From a virus (taxonomy: Duplodnaviria; Caudoviricetes), in the IMG/VR virus record IMGVR_UViG_3300032233_001783, positions 1 through 37,629 of that record: a stretch of DNA of 37,629 nt; one strand, 5' to 3'. Positions 9,087 to 17,619 of the stretch are shown here, one piece after another. The translations under genes and the position numbers were made by a program. The notes under the pieces were generated by a model. It saw only the letters and a program-made list of their open reading frames with translations, searched no databases and was not told the origin of the DNA. The number at the start of each line of letters is the position of its first letter. Position 1 is the first letter of the stretch.

Positions 9087-9716
9087 CTATGACCGATAGA
9101 GAGTCTTCAGTGACTGTTCGATGCCGGGAAGAAACTGCCGCAAAATCACTTTGATGCGTCGCTTCGCTTCATTGTCATCAAGCTCCTTGATGTACGGCGT
9201 TTTCACATCACCCCGTTCGTCTGCGCTGAGTGTGTCGTATGTCTCAGGGTCAATCCGGTATCCGGCTGCGGTATAGCAATATCGTGCAGGAAGTACCTTC
9301 CCCTTGTCCGAGGTGGATAGCGCAACGTATGCCGCATACGTCACCTTGTTACCGGTCGCATCATAGTAGTAGTTGTTCTCGGTGGTGACCGCTGTAGCGG
9401 TGTCGAGACTACCATACTTGCTGATGAGGTACCGCTCGAATTCATCGTTGTCAAGTGGCCAGTCATAGAGCGAAGTGATGTTGTTAACTGACAGTACCAA
9501 CCATGTGTACTTCGCGTCACCATACACACTCAGTGCGACGTTGTCCGGTCGATACCCATCGGGGATTTCATAGTCATAGAACGCACTCATGTACGGTTGC
9601 AGTCGCTCCTGAATTTTGGAGTGCTGCGTGATGTCGGTAATCCCAATGGTATACGTGTTCCCGCTTGCCGAAACAAACGTATAGGGGGTCACTGTTTGAT
9701 ATTGGAAGAAGTTCAT
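9087..9716 (-). CDS. gp53: Baseplate wedge subunit gp53 (LysM-like)
   Basis: YEIPDGYRPDNVALSVYGDAKYTWLVLSVNNI..DWPL..YLISKYGS; NEAKRRIKVI. Confidence 0.92.
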   Translation of the reverse strand: MNFFQYQTVTPYTFVSASGNTYTIGITDITQHSKIQERLQPYMSAFYDYEIPDGYRPDNVALSVYGDAKYTWLVLSVNNITSLYDWPLDNDEFERYLISKYGSLDTATAVTTENNYYYDATGNKVTYAAYVALSTSDKGKVLPARYCYTAAGYRIDPETYDTLSADERGDVKTPYIKELDDNEAKRRIKVILRQFLPGIEQSLKTLYRS

Positions 9717-10774
9717 AGCGCCGCGCCACCATTTGGATCGTTTTTGCCAGAGAAATCTTCTGGACGGGTTGTGCCGTATTTTGCTTTCGGGTTCGGGCCC
9801 TTACCACGCCAGATAACTTTCTGCTTATCTCGACCTTGTAGACGTACTTCTTGAAAGCTCAGACTCAACGTTGTGGAAGAGGGATAGTATTCGTTCCCTC
9901 CCTCATCGTCTACAAACGACACACGGTCATTTGATGACTGTGTAATTCCGACTGAGTTCAGAACGCAACGGTCGAACGTCGTGATGTGATGCGTACTACC
10001 GTTATATTCACTAAATGTGGAAATCTCAAATTCGTAAGGATACCCAATAAAGAGATCGTTGTTTTGAGCATCTGTGCCAAATGACGGTAGCATGTAGAAT
10101 TGGAAGATATTGAGAATCTGGTCGATACTCTCAGCTTCTTTTCGATTGCGCGGTATCAATGTGAAATTGAACTTATGCTCTCGGTAATCCACATTCTTAA
10201 AGAAGATGTCGGTACGTGGATTTGTGGTATACCCCGCAAGACCAGCAATCTTGTCCTGATTCAATGAGGGTTCTGCGGCGGTTCCCACTCCAATCGCACT
10301 CTGTATTGCATTCAATATTTGTTGAGGTGCGTTCAATAGATCGGCAGTTAGTTTAAGCCCAGTTTCTTTTGCTGCGGTGATCGCACCTGTTGCCGCTGCG
10401 CTGGCAAACGACTCACCGAGTTTTATCATCTTGTCACTGACACTTCCACCACTTAATGTTGAAACTGGACGACCATGACTCATGGTCTGTATTCCCTTTT
10501 CAATCGCGGCACCAGCAGCGGCACCGTAGGAATCTTCTTGCCATTTGACATTGAGGCTGGAGTTCAATGCATCGGGAGGAAGATACAATGCGACCGACTT
10601 GATCGTACTGTCCACATCGCTACTTGCCGAGACCATCCCTGTGCGGAGAATGTGACGCGCAGACTTAACCTCAAATAGCATCCACTTCTCGAACGGTGGA
10701 GAGGACAGTGTCTCGGGATACCGGACTGTTGGGGTGTCACCCCCCGGCCAAATCGATGTTTCGTATAGTGCCAT
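9713..10774 (-). CDS. gp48: Baseplate tail-tube cap gp48
   Basis: VALYLPP; NPRTDIFFKNVDYREHKFNFTLIPRNRKEAESIDQILNIF; YP..F.I; LSLSFQEV. Confidence 0.88.
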   Translation of the reverse strand: MALYETSIWPGGDTPTVRYPETLSSPPFEKWMLFEVKSARHILRTGMVSASSDVDSTIKSVALYLPPDALNSSLNVKWQEDSYGAAAGAAIEKGIQTMSHGRPVSTLSGGSVSDKMIKLGESFASAAATGAITAAKETGLKLTADLLNAPQQILNAIQSAIGVGTAAEPSLNQDKIAGLAGYTTNPRTDIFFKNVDYREHKFNFTLIPRNRKEAESIDQILNIFQFYMLPSFGTDAQNNDLFIGYPYEFEISTFSEYNGSTHHITTFDRCVLNSVGITQSSNDRVSFVDDEGGNEYYPSSTTLSLSFQEVRLQGRDKQKVIWRGKGPNPKAKYGTTRPEDFSGKNDPNGGAAL

Positions 10775-10784
10775 ATGGTTGCTC

Positions 10785-10790
10785 TAAATA
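10785..10790 (+). promoter_or_regulatory. Late promoter motif (TAAATA) for the gp4 operon
   Basis: CTCTAAATAGAGGTAATG; motif ends 6 nt before the gp4 ATG. Confidence 0.7.
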
Positions 10791-10796
10791 GAGGTA

Positions 10797-11234
10797 ATGT
10801 CCTATCGAGGGTTATTTATACCGAAGTGCCCAACGAAGTATTTGGGTGATGCCACACAGATTGTCTATCGGTCGAGTTGGGAGCGGCGGTTCTTTGTTTA
10901 CTGCGACACTACTCCCGGTATTCTGCGGTGGGCATCCGAAGAGTTCTGCATTCCCTACGTCTCTCCAATGGACAATAAAGTGCATCGGTACTTTCCGGAT
11001 GTCTGGTTGGAAGCGCAAACACCCACAGGCCCGAAAGCGTTTCTCATCGAGATCAAACCCAAAGCACAGACCGAACTCCGAGAAGTGAAGCGTAGAACTC
11101 GAAAGTTCCTTCGTGAAGCGGCGGTTGTTGCCGTCAACCATGCGAAGTGGAATGCAGCAAAGAAGCTCTGTGAGCAGAAAAACTGGACGTTCATTGTCCT
11201 CACGGAAGACCACCTCTTTCAAAAGTTCAAGTAA
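10797..11234 (+). CDS. gp4: Head completion nuclease gp4 (TnsA-like)
   Basis: KYLGD..IVYRSSWERRF..WASEE..IPY.SP.D..HRYFPD..LIEIKPK..N.AKW.AA..F..LTED. Confidence 0.95.
   Translation: MSYRGLFIPKCPTKYLGDATQIVYRSSWERRFFVYCDTTPGILRWASEEFCIPYVSPMDNKVHRYFPDVWLEAQTPTGPKAFLIEIKPKAQTELREVKRRTRKFLREAAVVAVNHAKWNAAKKLCEQKNWTFIVLTEDHLFQKFK
10813..10820 (-). promoter_or_regulatory. Canonical T4 late promoter TATAAATA for the gp48-gp53-hub-gp5 operon
   Basis: + strand tatttata inside the start of gp4; about 40 nt upstream of the gp48 ATG. Confidence 0.75.
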
Positions 11235-11911
11235 TGGCATCCACGACTATCTTTCAAACGCTGCGTGAACGTGTCGAAAAGAGCGGTGGACTACTTCCGT
11301 TCGAACGACGAGCGATGTTCTGGTTTAAGGAGCAGCATCAGACGCTCGACCAGTGGCAGCGACAGAACATCAACAGCACGTTTACCACAGTCACACAACA
11401 GAAGATTGCCAAAAAGCTCATATCTCCTCGCGGTGTGCTGCCGGGATACCTCTACTTCTTTGTCTATCAACCATTCTATGCAAAACAACTCGATTACTAC
11501 GACCGAGTACCGTTTACGCTGGTCTTGGAGCGAGACAAGACGGGGTTTCTGGCATTGAACTTTCACTATTTACCATACCACATTCGTGCCGCATTCTTCG
11601 ACGTACTACACAGCACTCGTTTGCAGAAGAGCAAAGACCCGTTGAAGAGTCGCATGATGGTCACCTACAAGCTCCTCACCACCGTCTCTAAATATAAAGC
11701 ATTCCGTCCATGTTTGAAGCGATACCGATATACAAATTGTCGGTCACAGGTACTACAGGTGGGAGAAACGGAGTGGGATATTGCGTTGTTTATGCCAGTA
11801 GAGCATTTCAGCAAAATGTCGCGCACTGCAATATGGAAAGAATCACTGGTCGATATTTATGGTGTTGCCGATGATGGGGATGAAGGTGATGCAGGAGAAG
11901 AAGCCGAGTAA
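11234..11911 (+). CDS. gp2: DNA end protector protein gp2
   Basis: PGYLYFFVY.P..LDYYDRVP..GFLALNFHYLP..R; PCLKRY; WDIALFMPVEHF. Confidence 0.92.
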   Translation: MASTTIFQTLRERVEKSGGLLPFERRAMFWFKEQHQTLDQWQRQNINSTFTTVTQQKIAKKLISPRGVLPGYLYFFVYQPFYAKQLDYYDRVPFTLVLERDKTGFLALNFHYLPYHIRAAFFDVLHSTRLQKSKDPLKSRMMVTYKLLTTVSKYKAFRPCLKRYRYTNCRSQVLQVGETEWDIALFMPVEHFSKMSRTAIWKESLVDIYGVADDGDEGDAGEEAE

Positions 11912-11917
11912 CCATAT

Positions 11918-12691
11918 ATGGCATACTACAATCTAGAAACGTTTCTCGCATCATTCAATCGGTCGTCCTTCCAGAAGACCGCGCAGTTTCGCTGCCGGCT
12001 GTCCGTGGAGAACGTCGCCGGTGGTCGTCTGAAGCGGCTATATCCCGAAGCAGCACGGTTACTTGCCGAAGGATTGATCTGTGAAAGCACTCGTACTCCG
12101 AGTCGAGCGTTCGACACCACCAACATGACCATTTCGGGGTACGAAGAGAAGTACCCCATTTTCACCACCTACACGGATGTGGATTGCACATTCATGACAC
12201 CGCTCATTGTCGGTGAGCGAGGTTCCCGAAATCAGGTATTGGAACTATTCAATACATGGCAGAACCTAATTCAACCGCGCACGGAAAGGGGTCGTGGTGC
12301 GTCCACTACGATCAACGACTCGGACATGGTCATGCGGTTTCCCGACTACTACCGTCTGAAAGATGGCATGGTGTTGGAAATGTTTGACCCGTATAGTGCA
12401 AAACGGAATAGTGGTCAAGTGGCGCTGAATCTGAAATCGAAACCAAACATCAACATTCCATTGATTGGCAAAGCCTCGATTGGTGCAACGTTTGGTGATC
12501 CGGATCCCGATACGGAGACCGAACCCACGATTGCGTATCGGTATTACAATGTGTTTCCCTCCACGGTTGAGTCATCTCCGGTTGGTTGGTCAAACGTGGA
12601 TGAACTGCAAAAGATCACGGTCTCGTTCACCTATTCATACTGGGCGTCCGACAGCCGTACCATTGATCAGACAACAACAGATATACGATAG
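11918..12691 (+). CDS. gp54: Tail tube initiator gp54-like (gp19 tail-tube fold)
   Basis: NVFPSTVESSPVGWSNVDELQKITVSFTYSYW tail-tube C-terminus; between gp2 and gp26. Confidence 0.7.
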   Translation: MAYYNLETFLASFNRSSFQKTAQFRCRLSVENVAGGRLKRLYPEAARLLAEGLICESTRTPSRAFDTTNMTISGYEEKYPIFTTYTDVDCTFMTPLIVGERGSRNQVLELFNTWQNLIQPRTERGRGASTTINDSDMVMRFPDYYRLKDGMVLEMFDPYSAKRNSGQVALNLKSKPNINIPLIGKASIGATFGDPDPDTETEPTIAYRYYNVFPSTVESSPVGWSNVDELQKITVSFTYSYWASDSRTIDQTTTDIR

Positions 12692-12711
12692 AAAGTCATG
12701 AGGAGACGGAT

Positions 12712-13449
12712 ATGAGTTTGCCACAAGTTGTGAGCCCCGAGTATACGATTCAGCTTAAGAGTATCAAAGACGCTGTGCGGTTTCGACCGTATTTGGTCAA
12801 AGAAGAAAAGATTTTCTTGATGGCCAAAGAAAGCAATGACCCGAAAGAAATGCAGTCCGCCGTGCGTCAAATTCTGCGAAACTGTACGTTCAATGCGATT
12901 GACATCGATAAGCTACCATCATTTGATGTGGAGTACTTGTTCCTTCAGCTTCGGGCAAAGTCGGTGAATAACGTTGTGGAGTTGCAGTATCGCTGCGAGA
13001 ACATCACGAATCGAGAAACCGATACACGCTGCCACACCATCAATACCGTCAGCATTCCACTTGATGATATTCGAATCTCAATCCCCGAAGGTCATTCACC
13101 GCTTGTGACAATTTCAGATGAACTGACGGTTGAATTCAAATACCCGACTATTGAGATTTTGGCAGAACTCCTATCGAATGGTACATTCTCCCTCGTCAAG
13201 TCTACTGAAATGGTTGCATCTTGTATCAAGAGTATCATTCAGAAAGACGGAAGTGTCCACGAAGCGCAGGACTCGACCACAGAAGAGCTTGTTCAATTTG
13301 TAGAGTCGCTATCGATGCAACAGGTTGAACTATGTCAGCAGTTCTTCACGACGATGCCATCATTGCGGTATACGACGCAGTTTACCTGTACTAAATGTGG
13401 TTACGCAGAAACATTGGAGTATGAGGGTCTTGGGGATTTTTTCGTTTAG
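12712..13449 (+). CDS. gp26: Baseplate hub assembly protein gp26
   Basis: MSLP..P.Y..VRFRPYLVKEEKIFLMA; FDVEYLFLQLRAKSV; FFTTMPSL; CTKCG; ends GLGDFFV. Confidence 0.93.
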   Translation: MSLPQVVSPEYTIQLKSIKDAVRFRPYLVKEEKIFLMAKESNDPKEMQSAVRQILRNCTFNAIDIDKLPSFDVEYLFLQLRAKSVNNVVELQYRCENITNRETDTRCHTINTVSIPLDDIRISIPEGHSPLVTISDELTVEFKYPTIEILAELLSNGTFSLVKSTEMVASCIKSIIQKDGSVHEAQDSTTEELVQFVESLSMQQVELCQQFFTTMPSLRYTTQFTCTKCGYAETLEYEGLGDFFV

Positions 13450-13474
13450 GGCAAAGCCACGAGACTTTGCCTAA
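13437..13474 (+). promoter_or_regulatory. Candidate -1 programmed ribosomal frameshift signal
   Basis: In-frame slippery heptamer T TTT TTC (13437-13443), 5-nt spacer, stem GGGCAAAG/CTTTGCCT with 8-nt loop. Confidence 0.7.
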
Positions 13475-13634
13475 CCACTATCAGTTGAACTTCGTTTTGA
13501 TGAAGCACCACCATTTCTCGCTGGCTGAACTCGATAATATGATCCCGTTTGAACGTGATGTATATGTGCTACTGCTTCGACAGTGGATTGAGGAAGAGAA
13601 CCGACGATTGCGCGAACAACAAGCACGAGCATAA
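13437..13634 (+). CDS. gp51: gp51-like hub assembly segment in the -1 frame of gp26 (missed by ORF track)
   Basis: FFRLGQSHETLPNHYQLNFVLMKHHHFSLAELDNMIPFERDVYVLLLRQWIEEENRRLREQQARA*; first ATG (13500) lies inside the conserved segment. Confidence 0.85.
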   Translation, partial: FFRLGQSHETLPNHYQLNFVLMKHHHFSLAELDNMIPFERDVYVLLLRQWIEEENRRLREQQARA

Positions 13635-13639
13635 CACGT

Positions 13640-15322
13640 ATGGCTAAAAACACCTATCTCTCACGAGTACGAAGCTCTCTTACATCAGACCTGCAACGGT
13701 CTGATAATCCATTCGTGCGTCTTGTGTCCCGACAGTCATCTATTGGGTCACTGTTTGGTGGAAAAGGTGTCACAGCACCCGATGATGATGATGACGACCA
13801 GATTGGCTTTGGTTCATTCATATCTCGTGCAATGAGCAATAGACGCGGTGGAACTCGTGATGAGAATTTGGGTGGATTCAGCAGTGCAGACAATACGGTG
13901 CTTGTACAGATTCGTGATGAAATACGAGAACTGCGTCGGCAACAATCAACAGAGCATAAAGAAGACGCGGAACAGCAGCAGCAAGCCCAAGAAACACTTG
14001 AGCGGAACACCGAACTAAATGCCGGATCGATGTCACCCACACCAATGGTATCCGATGATACCGACGAGATTGATACGGCTGTCGAAAAGACAGGTGCGAG
14101 TGGTTTGGATGCATTTGGAAACATCATCAAGAAGTTCATGTCGTTCTCCAAGATCATTGAAATTGCGATGACGGTGTTCGGTGCACTCGTCGAAGCGGTA
14201 TTGGTTCTAGGTGCGGCATTTGTGGGATTTAAGATTGGGGAATGGATCGAGAAGAAGCTCGAAGAGAAATTTCCAAATATATGGGGGCCCAACGGCTCAT
14301 TACAAAAAGCAGAAAATGCAATTGCGAAAAAACTAGGTGTCGGTAGGTATGCTGATGCCGAGAAAACCGACAAGTGGATGAAGGAGCATGGTCAGGAAGC
14401 CGCCATCGCTGGACGGAAAGTAATGGCGGAACGAGCCGCTAAAGAGAAAGCTGCACAAGCAGCAGCACCTGCTGCTCCTGCTACACCACAACTAGACACA
14501 TTGGAACCCGGCCGGGCACTTCCATCTGTTCCAGAGATGACCCCGACAGGTGGAGCAAAAACATCTACACCCACACGGGTTCCTCCAGCTACAGTCGCAG
14601 CAGGTGATGGTCAAACATTTGATGCCAAGCAATTGACGATGAGCGACCGTGGATATAAATCACTCATCACCAGTGAGAGATTTCGACCTACCGCATACCA
14701 AGACACACGAGGTCGTTGGACAATTGGTATTGGAGAGACACAGTGGGATGGAAAACCTGTTTCACCCAACAATCCCGGTAGAGCAATTACTCGTGATGAA
14801 GCTATAGAACATATGAAAATGCGTGTGAAGAAAGACTTCGAACCAATCGTGAAAAAGAAGCTGAAGAAACCGGTCACGCAAGGTCAGTTTGATTCACTTG
14901 TACATCTGGCGTACAATTCACCTAAAGGTTCAGGGAAAATTGTGGACAAGTTCAACAAAGGAGAAGAGATTACACAAGCGGACTTCATGGAAGCGACGGA
15001 GATAAAGGAAAACGAACGAGGACTTGTCACACGACGTCAGAATGAATTTGCTATGTTTGCAAGCAATGTTGAACCAAACGTAACACCACCAAACACGTTG
15101 GGAGCACCTGTACCATCGACGACTTCGCTACGTGCGGCGGCACCTGTAGCAACGGGTACAACACAATTGGCAGCCGCACAAGGTGCAGCACCTGTGATGG
15201 TCGTTGCTAGTAACAATCAAAATGTAGGTGGAGGTGGTGCATCACAGACACCGATTCCCGTTCCCATCCGTCCGCGACCAGACAACACGGTTGCTGCGAT
15301 ACAGAATATCAACGCGGTCTAA
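13640..15322 (+). CDS. Tape-measure/hub (gp29-like) protein with GH24 lysozyme domain
   Basis: Coiled-coil stretch, hydrophobic segment IIEIAMTVFGALVEAVLVLGAAFVGF, then E-x8-D-x5-T triad (ERFRPTAYQDTRGRWTIGIG), QGQFDSLVHLAYN, GLVTRRQNE; follows gp26/gp51. Confidence 0.75.
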   Translation: MAKNTYLSRVRSSLTSDLQRSDNPFVRLVSRQSSIGSLFGGKGVTAPDDDDDDQIGFGSFISRAMSNRRGGTRDENLGGFSSADNTVLVQIRDEIRELRRQQSTEHKEDAEQQQQAQETLERNTELNAGSMSPTPMVSDDTDEIDTAVEKTGASGLDAFGNIIKKFMSFSKIIEIAMTVFGALVEAVLVLGAAFVGFKIGEWIEKKLEEKFPNIWGPNGSLQKAENAIAKKLGVGRYADAEKTDKWMKEHGQEAAIAGRKVMAERAAKEKAAQAAAPAAPATPQLDTLEPGRALPSVPEMTPTGGAKTSTPTRVPPATVAAGDGQTFDAKQLTMSDRGYKSLITSERFRPTAYQDTRGRWTIGIGETQWDGKPVSPNNPGRAITRDEAIEHMKMRVKKDFEPIVKKKLKKPVTQGQFDSLVHLAYNSPKGSGKIVDKFNKGEEITQADFMEATEIKENERGLVTRRQNEFAMFASNVEPNVTPPNTLGAPVPSTTSLRAAAPVATGTTQLAAAQGAAPVMVVASNNQNVGGGGASQTPIPVPIRPRPDNTVAAIQNINAV

Positions 15323-15325
15323 ACG

Positions 15326-15355
15326 AAAAAGAGGGTCAGTACTGACCCTCTTTTT
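15326..15355. terminator. Bidirectional intrinsic terminator
   Basis: Perfect palindrome AAAAAGAGGGTCAGTACTGACCCTCTTTTT between convergent genes. Confidence 0.92.
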
Positions 15356-16797
15356 TATGACTTGTTCTTGTTGTGATACATGTCCCATGCTTTCGCGTAG
15401 AGGACTTGTATACCCTTCTCGTCTCCATATTCCTTCTTGAAACGAGCTTTATTCGCAGTAATCCAGTCTTCCATGCCGGGAGGATGGAATTCGTTCACTT
15501 GCTCACCCGGCAGCGGCGGCTTCACTTCAATCGTGTCGCCACTGAATTCGCGCATTGGTGTGAGCGTCTTGCGTGTAATCACAAACCGGCCGGTTCCTTC
15601 CTCGTGACTCGTGTAGTTCGGTAGTTGACCCGCACGACCTGCGAGACGACGGTAGAGACGCTGTCGTGATGCTTCCTTCGCGGTGAAGAACACACTAGTG
15701 GGATTTTTCATCCGCATGAATTGCTGAAAGATGTTTGCGATGGTCGAAAGAATTGCGACTGACATTCGCGTGTCTCCGACGATAGTTCCGTAGTGATACC
15801 CATCATTACGCAGCATCGTCCCTACAGTAGAATGCTTGGTATTACGCGGACGCACCAGCGAGAATCCAAATTCCCATTCCAGTGGAATCGGCGGTATCGG
15901 AACGAACGGAATACCGGGACGTCGCACCGGAGGCACGCCGGGCTTGGTCACCATCATGTTGACATCATAGTGCATCGGCTCTTCACCCGGAGGAACCGGA
16001 ATTGAAAACTGCGCGGCAATCGAGTCAAATCGATCTACCGTAATCTTCCATGTGAAGGGACGATCACCGAATTCTTGAAGATACTCTTTGAATGATGGGA
16101 TGTCAACCATCGTGTCCTCGTGATGTTTGAAGTACTGCACCTGACGTTCACGCTTCTCTGCACCTGCTTTGGTGTCGTAGGTACCAAGATTTTTACCACC
16201 GGACTTGGAGACCAGACGGTATTTGCCATCAACTTTGACGATGTGTTCATCGACCTCGTCATCGGTTTCTGCCACTTGATTGATTGGCATCGTCAAATCG
16301 AACGCACTCTCTTTCTGCGTTTCCCATCCACCACCGTGTTCCTTGTACCACTTGGATGCCCATCCATTCGCATACGCACTCGGATAGACATCAAACTTGG
16401 ACTTTGCAAGACTTTTCGCTTTTGACCAGAGTGCAGGGTTGGTAGGTTTGTTCTCTTCGTCAATACGATTGCTCACGGGACGAGGTGCGTTGCCAGTACC
16501 TTTGCGGTTGGTCACGGGGTCTTGGTCTTTCTTCCGCTTGACGGCATTTGCGATAGCATCTTTACCACCCTGTGCACGAAGCTCTGCGGCTTTCTCTTTT
16601 GACAAGCACTTCGGTTTCCCTTCACCCTCACCGCCGCGATCTTCGGCGTCGCCACACTTACCAATACGTTCACCTTTGGTATTGTAGCGATCCCAGCCAC
16701 CACCACCGACGCCACCTGTTTTACCTTTACCAAACCATTTCCGAAGGTCTTCAGTGAGGGAGGAGGTATTCCGTTTATGATCTGCGGGTTTCGACAT
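15355..16797 (-). CDS. Multi-module hypothetical protein, probable internal head (poly)protein
   Basis: 480 aa ORF with SD AGGAG and upstream TAAATA; short basic modules separated by (L/I/V/M)-x-E sites; contains SFKEYLQE. Confidence 0.7.
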   Translation of the reverse strand: MSKPADHKRNTSSLTEDLRKWFGKGKTGGVGGGGWDRYNTKGERIGKCGDAEDRGGEGEGKPKCLSKEKAAELRAQGGKDAIANAVKRKKDQDPVTNRKGTGNAPRPVSNRIDEENKPTNPALWSKAKSLAKSKFDVYPSAYANGWASKWYKEHGGGWETQKESAFDLTMPINQVAETDDEVDEHIVKVDGKYRLVSKSGGKNLGTYDTKAGAEKRERQVQYFKHHEDTMVDIPSFKEYLQEFGDRPFTWKITVDRFDSIAAQFSIPVPPGEEPMHYDVNMMVTKPGVPPVRRPGIPFVPIPPIPLEWEFGFSLVRPRNTKHSTVGTMLRNDGYHYGTIVGDTRMSVAILSTIANIFQQFMRMKNPTSVFFTAKEASRQRLYRRLAGRAGQLPNYTSHEEGTGRFVITRKTLTPMREFSGDTIEVKPPLPGEQVNEFHPPGMEDWITANKARFKKEYGDEKGIQVLYAKAWDMYHNKNKS

Positions 16798-16833
16798 CGA
16801 AGTCTCCTAAACTACCTGAAAGATAATGCCAAA

Positions 16834-16840
16834 TATTTAG
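16834..16840 (-). promoter_or_regulatory. Late promoter motif (CTAAATA)
   Basis: GGCACTAAATATTT on - strand in the intergenic gap upstream of 16797. Confidence 0.7.
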
Positions 16841-16843
16841 TGC

Positions 16844-17572
16844 CTATAGCTTCTCAAAGCAGGCTAGGTTGACGTCGCCTTTTTGTATGACAACACCTGA
16901 TCCCTTTTTCAATGGCCCAATATTGAACGGTGATTTGGTCTTGACCTTGAATCCCATCTCGAATGTAAACTGATACGCACCTCCACCCTTTGCCTGAACA
17001 CGAGCGCGCCAGACAGCTTCAGCGGAATTCGCAAATCGTGGTACTCCAGCAAGTTTGAGTGGATTCTGAGTACCAAACAGATAAAACCCATGCGTACCAA
17101 TGTTCACATAGTAGGTATCTTTGCGATTGTAATACTGTTCAATCTTCTGTGCGGGGATGCTTCCTTTGATTTCCGGAAACATCTTATGGTCGCGAGTATA
17201 CGCGGCTCTTGGGTCTTTGAGCTTTTGGAAATTCTCATTGAACTTCCATGGCTGTTCCTTCCACGATTTGGCAATCACATCGAACAATTTGACATAGTCT
17301 GCCAAATCTTTGATGAACACTTTTTCTTTCTCGTCAGGCTTGATTTCACCAAACCCCCATTTCTTTGTTTTGGGGTTGTATTTCAACACCAATGAACCTG
17401 CGGATGCGTCTGTGATTTTCAATTCGCATCCTGCTTGCTGTCGCCCATATTCAAGCATCAAATCTGGTTGACCGTGACCAGCACCAGCAGGCTTAAAATT
17501 TTTAGGAACCAATCCAATTGGTTTCAGAAATTTTGCGACGTTTTCTTCGTAAAGGAATCCTTCTTGTGCCAT
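16844..17572 (-). CDS. Hypothetical protein, probable PD-(D/E)xK nuclease fold
   Basis: GFLYEENV...QPDLML...GCELKI (E..PD..ExK); SD GAGG; upstream ATAAATA. Confidence 0.55.
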   Translation of the reverse strand: MAQEGFLYEENVAKFLKPIGLVPKNFKPAGAGHGQPDLMLEYGRQQAGCELKITDASAGSLVLKYNPKTKKWGFGEIKPDEKEKVFIKDLADYVKLFDVIAKSWKEQPWKFNENFQKLKDPRAAYTRDHKMFPEIKGSIPAQKIEQYYNRKDTYYVNIGTHGFYLFGTQNPLKLAGVPRFANSAEAVWRARVQAKGGGAYQFTFEMGFKVKTKSPFNIGPLKKGSGVVIQKGDVNLACFEKL

Positions 17573-17593
17573 GTACGGTACCTCTTGATTTCA

Positions 17594-17614
17594 TATTTAT
17601 CCGCATTCTAAATA
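17594..17614. promoter_or_regulatory. Back-to-back divergent late promoter motifs
   Basis: TAAATA on - strand (17594-17599) for the nuclease-like ORF and on + strand (17609-17614) for gp3. Confidence 0.72.
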
Positions 17615-17619
17615 CGAGC

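Noticed and set aside
11689-11694. Intragenic TAAATA hits (e.g. in gp2, the first GT, gp55, the peptidase)
   Set aside because: A hexamer occurs by chance; only copies in gaps or just upstream of starts were called
13654-14373. 239-aa antisense ORF
   Set aside because: Shadow of the tape-measure-like gene with no recognisable motifs
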